A stretch of 64,000 bases of DNA, taken from positions 4,000,001 to 4,064,000 of the forward strand of contig OZ242180.1 in NCBI GenBank assembly GCA_965205485.1, given 5' to 3'. Under the pieces are notes generated by a model. It had not been told where the DNA came from. It made no database searches and saw nothing but the letters and a program-made list of their open reading frames with translations. Shown here piece by piece: positions 17,719 through 25,861 of this stretch (its first letter is position 1; each line of letters begins with the position of its first letter). The DNA comes from Candidatus Latescibacterota bacterium. Its GTDB lineage: Bacteria > Latescibacterota > UBA2968 > GCA-2709665. Made by a program: the position numbers and the translations under genes.

Positions 17719-19017
17719 TTGACAACGGATTTCCGCATGGATACGGAATCACGTACAAAACAGGCGCGTAGCGTGGACAATCCGGATGGGAGCGGGGGCC
17801 GCCGACCGTCCGATCCGGACTCCGGCAGGTGGTCCGGCGACAGGCCGTTTTTTCGCATGGCGATTCTGCTGTTTCTGGTGGGCTTCCTCTATGTGCTTCA
17901 TCAGGATCTCTCTCCCTTCCTGATTGGCCTCACGCTGCTGGCCACTCTTGTCATGGTCCGGAAGGGGATCAGGTTCGAAGCCGGCGTGGCGGTTGTGGTT
18001 GTCCTGCTGTTCGGCGCCTGGCTGATGGGAGATATGGCAGGGCTGTTGTGGCCGTTTGTAACGTCGTTCGTGTTGGCCTACCTGCTGTCGCCGCTGGTGG
18101 GACTAATGGAACGCTGGATGTCGCGCACGATCGCCATCGCCCTGATCGTGGTCGTCATACTGGGGGCATTGTCAGGCATCGGCATCGTGGTCATTCCTCT
18201 GGTCACGCAGGAAATTCTCGATTTCAGCCGGCGCATTCCCGTCTATGCGGCGATGCTCAAGCAGTTCTACGATCAGATATTCAACTACCTGCAGTCGATC
18301 GGCGTGAACCTGCCGAGGGGTCAGATACAACAGCTACTGCTGGAGCGGCTGCCGAAGCTCGGCGAACTCTTCGCCGAACAGGCAACCGCGGCCCTGAAGG
18401 GGTTGGGCTCCGGGTTGGCAACGCTCCTGGAGTTCCTGATGATCCCCTTCGTGACCTTTTATATGATCAAGGATTACGACCGCATTGTCAGGACCGTCGC
18501 TCGGGTTCTTCCGCGGCGGCACGCAGCGTCCATCGGAGAATTCCTGGTGCGGGTGGACGAAATCCTGGGGCAATACCTTCGCGGGCAGATGCTGGTCTGC
18601 AGCTTTATTGCGGTGTTCACCGCCACCGGCCTCATGCTGTTCGGGATCCGATATGCGGTCCTGCTGGGACTGATGGCCGGGCTCTTCAACCTGATTCCAT
18701 ATATAGGAATCGCGGTCGCATCCAGCGTCGCGTGCCTGGTCGCGTTACTGGATACGGATCCGGCCGGCAGCCTGCTCAAGGTCATTGGCGTGTTCGTAGT
18801 CGTTCAAAGTATCGAGGGCAATTTTCTGTCTCCCCGCGTCGTGGGTCAGCGCGTCGGTCTGCACCCGGTCTGGGTCATGTTTGCGCTGGTTGTGGGCGCC
18901 CATTTCTGGGGTTTTGTCGGAATGCTCATCGCGATCCCAGGCGCGGCCGTTGTCAATATCCTGTGCAAGGTCATCGCCGAACGTTACTATAACTCTCTGT
19001 ACTACAAGACCGAATAG
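17719..19017 (+). CDS. AI-2E (PerM/TqsA) family membrane transporter
   Basis: LAYLLSPLV, YLRGQ, FNLIPYIG, QSIEGNFLSPRVVG..VGLHP, GFVGMLIAIP. Start uncertain. Confidence 0.9.
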   Translation: MTTDFRMDTESRTKQARSVDNPDGSGGRRPSDPDSGRWSGDRPFFRMAILLFLVGFLYVLHQDLSPFLIGLTLLATLVMVRKGIRFEAGVAVVVVLLFGAWLMGDMAGLLWPFVTSFVLAYLLSPLVGLMERWMSRTIAIALIVVVILGALSGIGIVVIPLVTQEILDFSRRIPVYAAMLKQFYDQIFNYLQSIGVNLPRGQIQQLLLERLPKLGELFAEQATAALKGLGSGLATLLEFLMIPFVTFYMIKDYDRIVRTVARVLPRRHAASIGEFLVRVDEILGQYLRGQMLVCSFIAVFTATGLMLFGIRYAVLLGLMAGLFNLIPYIGIAVASSVACLVALLDTDPAGSLLKVIGVFVVVQSIEGNFLSPRVVGQRVGLHPVWVMFALVVGAHFWGFVGMLIAIPGAAVVNILCKVIAERYYNSLYYKTE

Positions 19018-19109
19018 GGAGTTCTCGAACGTTGGTGCGAATCAGGTTCGACACGTACCCGCGCGGAGGCGACCAGGACCAGGAGGTTCTTCACACATTA
19101 CATTATCAC

Positions 19110-19138
19110 TTGACGGCGATGGCAAGACCCTTTAGATT
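19110..19138 (+). promoter_or_regulatory. Sigma70-type promoter for tRNA-Pro(GGG)
   Basis: TTGACG-N17-TAGATT, ending 20 bp before the tRNA. Confidence 0.6.
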
Positions 19139-19158
19139 CTCGTCGAACGAAATGAGAT

Positions 19159-19235
19159 CGGAGCGTGGCGCAGCCCGGTAGCGCACTATCTTGGGGTGAT
19201 AGGGGTCGCTGGTTCAAATCCAGTCGCTCCGACCA
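19159..19235 (+). tRNA. tRNA-Pro (anticodon GGG)
   Basis: Acceptor CGGAGCG/CGCTCCG, arm CTATC-TT-GGG-GT-GATAG, TTCAAAT, CCA end. Confidence 0.96.
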
Positions 19236-19240
19236 TACAG

Positions 19241-19278
19241 ACAGGGACTTGCGATGTGGATCGCGAGTCCCTGTTTTT
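19241..19278 (+). terminator. Intrinsic terminator after tRNA-Pro(GGG)
   Basis: ACAGGGACTTGCGAT / ATCGCGAGTCCCTGT stem plus T tract. Confidence 0.75.
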
Positions 19279-19357
19279 CGGGTCATTGCACCTGTTTGCA
19301 CGTACCGGGTTCAGGCATCCACCGGACGTTCAGGACTTGAATCTGCAAATTGCCTTA

Positions 19358-19545
19358 GAAGCTGTTTTAAAATTACCGGTGAGTTCCCGAGCGCGAGCGA
19401 AAAAGTGGCGGTCAAGGCGGGAAAATCCACCCATATCCAATGTATCGTGGCTGCGCGCCCCTCGCCACTCTTGGGTGGGTTTGGCCAACGCCGACCGGCG
19501 CTTTTGCAGCCGCGCGAAGACCGCTGGGAATTTTAAGACAGCTTC
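19358..19545. mobile_element. MITE copy 1 (188 bp, non-autonomous, IS5/IS1031-like ends)
   Basis: TIRs GAAGCTGTTTTAAAATT / AATTTTAAGACAGCTTC, flanked by TTA on both sides (19355-57, 19546-48). Second copy at 20920. Confidence 0.8.
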
Positions 19546-19551
19546 TTAAGG

Positions 19552-20514
19552 TTGCAACGTCGATTTCCAGGAGGCGAGGAAACCGTGGGAGGGATACGAA
19601 CGACGTTCCCGTATCGAAGCTGGAGGAACTATGTGACTCTCGGCCTGCGCGGGGTCTGTATGGGTGCGGCGGACGTGGTTCCCGGTGTATCGGGGGGCAC
19701 GATCGCATTCGTTACGGGAATCTACGAGGAGTTGATTTATTCCATCCGTTCCGTGGATCGCCGATTTGCCGTATTGCTTCTTGAGTTTAGATTCGGGGAA
19801 GCGCTGAACAGGGTTCAATGGCGTTTTCTGGGCGCGGTACTCGCCGGCATTCTGCTGGCTGTGGTAACTCTGGCGCACGGAATTCAGTGGATGCTCCAGC
19901 ATCAACCGGACTTGATCTGGGCGTTTTTCTTCGGACTGGTTGCGGCGTCCGTCCTGGTCGTGCGGAAGCGCGTGGTCGCCTGGCGCGGACCGACCTGGAT
20001 CGCCGCGGTGGTTTCCGGGTTGCTTTTCTATGTTGTCGTCGGCCTCGTACCGGTCAAGACGCCGGATTCGCCCTGGTTCCTTTTCATCTGTGGCATTGTT
20101 GCCATTTCGGCGATGATTCTGCCGGGCATCTCCGGTTCCTTCATTCTGGTTCTGCTCGGCAAGTACGAGTATCTCCTGGCGGCATTGAACGACCGGGACC
20201 TTTTTACAATTTTTGTTTTCGGGTCGGGCGCTGCCGTCGGGATTCTCAGCTTTGCAAGGGTTCTGGCATTCATCTTCAAACGGTACCATGACGTTACCGT
20301 TGCAACATTGACAGGACTCATGGCTGGTTCCCTGCGGAAGATCTGGCCCTGGAAGGAGGACGTATTGCCGCCGGGCGGGGTTGAAGCGCCATTGGTGCAG
20401 ATTAACGTGCTGCCCGGGACGATTGACGGCGAATTTGCCGCGGCTGTTGGTATGGCCGTTACGGGTTTTGCGTTGGTGGTCGTGCTGGACCGCATGTCGG
20501 ATTTCCGCCGTTGA
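19552..20514 (+). CDS. DUF368 family membrane protein (undecaprenyl-phosphate translocase family)
   Basis: MGAADVVPGVSGGTIAFVTGIYEEL, AISAMILPGISGSFIL.LLGKY, GSLRKIWPWK. True start may lie downstream. Confidence 0.9.
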   Translation: MQRRFPGGEETVGGIRTTFPYRSWRNYVTLGLRGVCMGAADVVPGVSGGTIAFVTGIYEELIYSIRSVDRRFAVLLLEFRFGEALNRVQWRFLGAVLAGILLAVVTLAHGIQWMLQHQPDLIWAFFFGLVAASVLVVRKRVVAWRGPTWIAAVVSGLLFYVVVGLVPVKTPDSPWFLFICGIVAISAMILPGISGSFILVLLGKYEYLLAALNDRDLFTIFVFGSGAAVGILSFARVLAFIFKRYHDVTVATLTGLMAGSLRKIWPWKEDVLPPGGVEAPLVQINVLPGTIDGEFAAAVGMAVTGFALVVVLDRMSDFRR

Positions 20515-20647
20515 AATGCAGCCGCAGCCCTCTTGGTTGCACGGGTGGTTGTTGGGGTCGACGACTTCCGGGCCAAATGCCGTCGCTTGTCGACTCGGAT
20601 AATTTCCTTGCAAGCGGTACGGTTTCTTGTATTTTAGGAGTCGACTT

Positions 20648-20724
20648 CGGGGCGTGGCTCAGTCCGGTAGAGCGCCTGCTTCGGGAGCAGGAGGCCCCCG
20701 GTTCGAATCCGGGCGCCCCGACCA
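20648..20724 (+). tRNA. tRNA-Pro (anticodon CGG)
   Basis: Acceptor CGGGGCG/CGCCCCG, arm CCTGC-TT-CGG-GA-GCAGG, TTCGAAT, CCA end. TTGCAA-N16-TATTTT lies upstream. Confidence 0.96.
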
Positions 20725-20730
20725 CTATTT

Positions 20731-20766
20731 CAAGGGTTTATGCCGATCTGGCGTAAACCCTTGTTT
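20731..20766 (+). terminator. Terminator-like hairpin after tRNA-Pro(CGG)
   Basis: CAAGGGTTTATGCC / GGCGTAAACCCTTG stem with a short T tail. Confidence 0.65.
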
Positions 20767-20919
20767 CGTGAATATCTGCGTATATATTGAAAAAACAGCG
20801 CGTCGTCGCTTGCTGATTTCGGTTCTGCAAAAACGAATGCAACGATTTAGGTTTCGAGGTCCGTCTTTCCCGGCAGTTCCCCATACCCACGGGTTTTTCA
20901 ATGCACGCAGGGAAGCTCA

Positions 20920-21105
20920 GAAGCTGTTTTAAAATTACCAGTGAGTTCCCGAGCGCGAGCGAAAAAGCGGCGGTCAAGGCGGACAAATCCGGCTATGAGA
21001 GGTGAGCAAGCGCAGCCTCGATCTCGTGCGACGGGTGGGTTTGACCAACGCCGACCGACGCTTTTGCAGCCGCGCGAAGACCGCTGGGAGTTTTAAGACA
21101 GCTTC
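20920..21105. mobile_element. MITE copy 2 (186 bp)
   Basis: Nearly the same TIRs and ~70-bp arms as copy 1, flanked by TCA on both sides (20917-19, 21106-08). Confidence 0.8.
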
Positions 21106-21124
21106 TCAGACAAGGGGTTGCGAA

Positions 21125-22990
21125 ATGACGCAGTGGACGGTTATCGTATGCTCACTGACATTCGTGCTGTTGGTTACGTTGACCCAAAGTGTATACTGCG
21201 GTACGGTTCCGAAAAAACTGGTCAAGATGGGGTGGGACCTTAGGCCGCCGAGTTATGTGGCGGAGCATATCCGCGAGATGGAGAAACGTCCTTTCGACGG
21301 AATCTTTATCCGCCCGACCTTCGGCCATACGTTCTACATGGTGGACCTGGACGAAGCGGACGCCGAGGCGGAGATCGAAGCAATGGGAAGGATCCGGTGG
21401 CGGAAATTCACCGACAATTTCATCTACTTCCACTGCGACGACAACGTGGACTGGTTCGACGATTCGCTCTGGGGCGAGAACAGCCCGTTCCTGCGAAATA
21501 TCGGCTGGTGCGCGAAGGCCGCGCGTGTCGGAGGCTGCGTGGGCCTCGCTTTCGATCCGGAGTTCGTTTACTGGGGACGGCCGTATTGCGCGTGGAAATA
21601 TGAGTGGCAGAAGCACCGGGACGAGAAGAGCTTCGCCGAGTACGAGCGGATCGTGCGGAAACGGGGCGCGCAGTATATGGACCGGATCCAGGAGGAATTC
21701 CCCGATCCGGTGATTCTCACCCTTTTCTGGACGTCGATGCGTCGTTTTCAGGAGGCCGCGCTGGAGACCGACCCGTCCAGGAGGGAAGCCATTCTCAAGT
21801 CCGACTACTATGGCCTCCTGCCCGCGTTCATGACGGGCATGCTCGAGGCCGCCGGCCCGGGAACCACAATCGTGGACGGGGACGAGCACTCTTATTACAA
21901 CAACAACGAACTGCATTATTTCCGGACCTACCACAACATCCACCAGACGGGCCAGGCTTTGATTCCCCCGGAGCTTCGCGGCAAATACCGCCGGCAGGTT
22001 CAGGCAGGGCACGCCGTTTACGGGGACTATCTTTGCGGCACCATGGCCACCCATACCGAAGCGACCTACGTCACACCGGAGGAACGGGCGCGTTGGGTGG
22101 AACACAATGTTTACTGGGCGCTCAAGAGCAGTGACCGGTACGTGTGGTTCTACAGCGAACGCATGGACTGGTGGAACGGACGAAACCTGCCCGGCTATCT
22201 GGAAAGCGCCCTCAGGTCTGCAAAGGAGAAAATCGCGCGGGGAAGGCCTCTGGGTTTCGACGTGGACGAGATTGCCCGCAAGGGCCACCTGGGGAAGGTA
22301 CGGGCAGAGGAACGGCCGATTCAACCGAAGACGTTGCGGGTTCCCCGCCTGCGCGCCGCTGCGCCTGACATCGATGGGGATTTTACGGACGAAGCCTGGA
22401 ATGAGGCGGGGTTCTCGGGACACTTCGTCAACTACGTTGCCGCACGGGCGAAAGAACTGGAGACGGTTACCGAGGCGCTCATGACGTACGATGACACGGC
22501 GCTCTACGTTGCTTTCCGCTGTAACGAACCCGAGATGGATAAGACCCACCCGACCATGTTTACCGATCTGGGCGGTCGGGCCGATCAGGTGGAGGTGGTC
22601 GTGGCCGCCGACGAGGGGATTAAGGCCTATTTTCATATCCGGCTGGATCTCGGGAATGCGCGCTGGGACGCGCGGACCGAGACGGGACTAAGTGAACACG
22701 GAAGCGATATTGCCACCGGACGGGAGGTCTACGGTCGTGATTCCACGTGGTCCGGGGAATATCGAACCGCTACCCGGAAGGAAGCGGATTCATGGTCTGC
22801 TGAATTCGCCATTCCCTGGCGGACGCTGGGTATGGCCTCACCGAAGCCGGGCGACCGGCTCAAGGGAAACCTGCACCGGTGGACCCACCGTCGTCCAACG
22901 ACCGGCGTACTCGAATTCAGCACGTGGTCGGAGACTCGTTACAACCGTGGCGTGGAATTCGAAAACTTCGGCACGTGGATCATCGAGTAG
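21125..22990 (+). CDS. Secreted hypothetical protein with C-terminal CBM9/DOMON-like sugar-binding domain
   Basis: Hydrophobic N-terminus from ATG 21125 (AAGGGG SD). C-terminal PDIDGDFTDEAW, YDDTALYVAFRC.EP, WSAEFAIPWRTLG. Confidence 0.7.
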   Translation: MTQWTVIVCSLTFVLLVTLTQSVYCGTVPKKLVKMGWDLRPPSYVAEHIREMEKRPFDGIFIRPTFGHTFYMVDLDEADAEAEIEAMGRIRWRKFTDNFIYFHCDDNVDWFDDSLWGENSPFLRNIGWCAKAARVGGCVGLAFDPEFVYWGRPYCAWKYEWQKHRDEKSFAEYERIVRKRGAQYMDRIQEEFPDPVILTLFWTSMRRFQEAALETDPSRREAILKSDYYGLLPAFMTGMLEAAGPGTTIVDGDEHSYYNNNELHYFRTYHNIHQTGQALIPPELRGKYRRQVQAGHAVYGDYLCGTMATHTEATYVTPEERARWVEHNVYWALKSSDRYVWFYSERMDWWNGRNLPGYLESALRSAKEKIARGRPLGFDVDEIARKGHLGKVRAEERPIQPKTLRVPRLRAAAPDIDGDFTDEAWNEAGFSGHFVNYVAARAKELETVTEALMTYDDTALYVAFRCNEPEMDKTHPTMFTDLGGRADQVEVVVAADEGIKAYFHIRLDLGNARWDARTETGLSEHGSDIATGREVYGRDSTWSGEYRTATRKEADSWSAEFAIPWRTLGMASPKPGDRLKGNLHRWTHRRPTTGVLEFSTWSETRYNRGVEFENFGTWIIE

Positions 22991-23361
22991 TGGATATCGA
23001 ACGTCCGTCATTTTGAAGTCCAGGGGCTATGTCTTACGACTTGGCCCTTTGTCTGTTTGTGGCCCCAAATCAATCGTGTTCTACCATCGCGTCCTACCAC
23101 CATCCTCAGCACGTCTTTTGCTTCCCCAGCGAATTCTGCCGGATCACGCATACACGTGCAGGGTCAACCCCCGGGTGATCTCCTGAGACGATCGTACGCG
23201 AAAATCGGTAGAAATCCAATGGTTGCCTTAAGAAAGTGTGATATTATATTGTAGATTCGGTTTGATTCGGGCTGCCGCTGCATACCAGTCCGGTCGCACG
23301 CGTACCGGATCGGCCCGCGACAGGTTGGTCCGGCAGCAGAACCCACCGCAAGGAACACAAC

Positions 23362-25812
23362 GTGAACGAAGCTCAACACCCCCTCAACGCGCTGCCCCGG
23401 GAGTACCGGCTCCAGGAGTACGAATTGGTAGAGGTACTCGGCACAGGGGGATTCGGCATAACGTATCTGGGCTTTGACCACAACCTCGACAAGAACGTCG
23501 CCGTCAAGGAGTTCCTGCCGGACGATATCGCCGCCCGAACGCAAGACAACAGCGTCGGACCCAAAGCCAGCTACTATCGTGATAATTTCAAGTGGGGGAT
23601 GGATCGTTTTCTGGACGAGGCGCGCACGCTTGCGCGGTTTGACCATCGCAACATAGTCAAGGTACACCGTTTCTTCGAGGCGCATGGCACCGCGTATATC
23701 GTGATGGAATACGCGGAAGGGATGACCCTCGCGGAGTTTCTTCAACGCAAGAAGACGTTGAAGGAGGCTGAACTCAAGGAGATCCTGTATCCCATTCTTA
23801 GCGGCCTGGCGGTGGTGCATGGCGCCGATTTTCTGCACCGTGACATCAAGCCGGGAAATATCGTCCTTCGCGACGAGGACCGGTCGCCGGTGCTTCTGGA
23901 TTTCGGGGCGGCGCGCCAGGCGATCGGTGCGAAGAGCCGTTCCGTGACGTCGATCATCACGCCGGGCTATGCGCCAATCGAACAGTATTCGAAGCGAGGT
24001 AACCAGGGCGCGTGGACGGATATCTATGCGCTTGGTGCGGTGTGTTACCACGCGTTGACGGGTCAGGTTCCGTACGATGCGACGGATCGGGTGCGGGTAG
24101 ATCCTCTGGAACCGGCGGTCGATCGTTGCCGGAATCAGGCAACCGGTGAATTCCTGTCGGCGATCGACTGGGCGTTGCGGGTGGATGAACGGGAACGCCC
24201 GCAGAGCGTGGAAGTGTGGCGTGGAGCCCTGGAGGGTGAACAACCTGACCCGCCGTTGGACCTGCCGGAGGGTCCGCTCGCCAGACTGGGTGTCAAGATG
24301 CCGCTGAGTCGGGTGAAGCGGATCGGCAGCTTGGTGGCCGGGGCGGTGGCAATATTGGCTCTCCTGGTGACAGGCGTTTATTTCATCCACGAATACGTGC
24401 ATCCGACGCAGCACCAGCCAGTGAAAGTTGAAGCGGAACCCGAGATCGAGAGTGAGAGCGGGACCGCAGAGCAGGAGGAAAGTGCGCGTCAACTTGACGA
24501 AAGGATATCAGCCCTGTTGAACGCTGCAAGGGAGGACCTGGCATCGGACCGACTGACGAGTCCCGCCGGCGCGAATGCGTGGGAGAAGTATCAGGCGGTA
24601 TTGGAGCTGTCGCCGGGGCATCCCGCGGCGTCGGCCGGGCTTGAAAGTGTAATTGGTCGATATGAGAGAATATTCGACGCCGCACTGGCCAGGAAGGAGT
24701 TCCGGAAGGCTCAGCGATTCGTTTCACGGATCAGACAGGTGCGTCCCGATGCACCGGTCCTTGCACGGCTCGGGGCTCGCCTGACGTCTGCGCGCAGCGC
24801 TGAACGAGCGCGACGGCAGTTGGAACAGGAGGCGGAGCGCGGCCGGCAGGCCCGGATAGCCGCATATAAGGAGAGATTCGAGGCTGCGTTGCGGGCCGGC
24901 GCTTTCACTATCGCTGAAGAATACATGGATTCGTTGCGGGTCGTTGTCGCGGATGCGTCCGTGTTATCCGAAACGGAGGGGCGTCTGTCGGCATCGCGTG
25001 AGGAGGCCGAGCCGGGCGGCCGCATGGCCGTTGGCAGGGTATTCCGCGACTGCGCGCGGTGTCCGGAGATGGTAATCGTCCCGTCCGGTTCATACCGCAT
25101 GGGCTCGCCCGTAAGTGAGGTGGACCGGGACGAAAACGAGGGTCCACCTCAGGAGGTGAGGATCGATTACCGGTTTGCCGTAGGGTTGTATGAGGTCACT
25201 TTCGCTGAGTGGGATGCATGCACAAATGCCGGCGGATGTAATGGATACAAGCCTGAAGACGAAGGATGGGGTCGCGGTAACCGGCCGGTAATCAATGTAA
25301 GTTGGCTTGATGCACAGGAGTATATAAAGTGGCTGTCGGAAGAGACCGGACATGCGTACCGGATGTTGAGCGAGTCGGAATGGGAATACGTGGCGCGCGC
25401 GGGCACGGCGACCGCGCGTTATTGGGGTGAATCGTCCGAGGACCAGTGTGGATACGCGAACGGCGCTGACGAGGAGGCACAGCAGTATAACAGTTCGTGG
25501 GTGGTTGCGTCGTGCGACGATAAGGCTTATCGTACGTCGCCGGTAGGCAGCTACGTCTCGAATGAATTCGGGCTGCATGACGTGCTCGGGAACGTGTGGG
25601 AATGGGTGGCGGACTGCTGGAACGGGAGTTATTCGGGAGCTCCGGTCGATGGCGGGACGCGGGAATCCGGCGATTGCTCGAAGCGGGTGTTGCGCGGAGG
25701 CTCCTGGTTCAACGGTCCCGGCTTCCTCCGGTCGGCGCTTCGTTACCGGAACTCAGCCGGTTACCGGAGCAACCTGAGCGGGTTTCGTGTTGCCCGCGCT
25801 CTCAGGCTCTGA
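23362..25812 (+). CDS. Membrane Ser/Thr protein kinase with C-terminal FGE-sulfatase (SUMF1-like) domain
   Basis: GTGGFGITY, VAVKE, HRDIKPGN, DFG, a TM helix, then FRDC..CPEMV, RMLSESEWEY.ARAG, GLHDVLGNVWEW, RGGSW, GFRVAR. Confidence 0.9.
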   Translation: MNEAQHPLNALPREYRLQEYELVEVLGTGGFGITYLGFDHNLDKNVAVKEFLPDDIAARTQDNSVGPKASYYRDNFKWGMDRFLDEARTLARFDHRNIVKVHRFFEAHGTAYIVMEYAEGMTLAEFLQRKKTLKEAELKEILYPILSGLAVVHGADFLHRDIKPGNIVLRDEDRSPVLLDFGAARQAIGAKSRSVTSIITPGYAPIEQYSKRGNQGAWTDIYALGAVCYHALTGQVPYDATDRVRVDPLEPAVDRCRNQATGEFLSAIDWALRVDERERPQSVEVWRGALEGEQPDPPLDLPEGPLARLGVKMPLSRVKRIGSLVAGAVAILALLVTGVYFIHEYVHPTQHQPVKVEAEPEIESESGTAEQEESARQLDERISALLNAAREDLASDRLTSPAGANAWEKYQAVLELSPGHPAASAGLESVIGRYERIFDAALARKEFRKAQRFVSRIRQVRPDAPVLARLGARLTSARSAERARRQLEQEAERGRQARIAAYKERFEAALRAGAFTIAEEYMDSLRVVVADASVLSETEGRLSASREEAEPGGRMAVGRVFRDCARCPEMVIVPSGSYRMGSPVSEVDRDENEGPPQEVRIDYRFAVGLYEVTFAEWDACTNAGGCNGYKPEDEGWGRGNRPVINVSWLDAQEYIKWLSEETGHAYRMLSESEWEYVARAGTATARYWGESSEDQCGYANGADEEAQQYNSSWVVASCDDKAYRTSPVGSYVSNEFGLHDVLGNVWEWVADCWNGSYSGAPVDGGTRESGDCSKRVLRGGSWFNGPGFLRSALRYRNSAGYRSNLSGFRVARALRL

Positions 25813-25861
25813 AAGAAAGCTGTCAACGCTCAGTGTTCGTACGCTGGCACGGAGGACCGCA

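Noticed and set aside
19355..21108. CRISPR mini-array, or a composite transposon carrying DUF368 and tRNA-Pro
   Set aside because: There are only two ~187-bp units 1.4 kb apart and no cas genes. Each copy has its own different target duplication, implying separate insertions.
21002..21124. N-terminal extension of the 662-aa ORF, and short ORFs sharing NADRRFCSRAKTAG
   Set aside because: These are translations of the MITE arm. The real start is ATG 21125 with its own SD.
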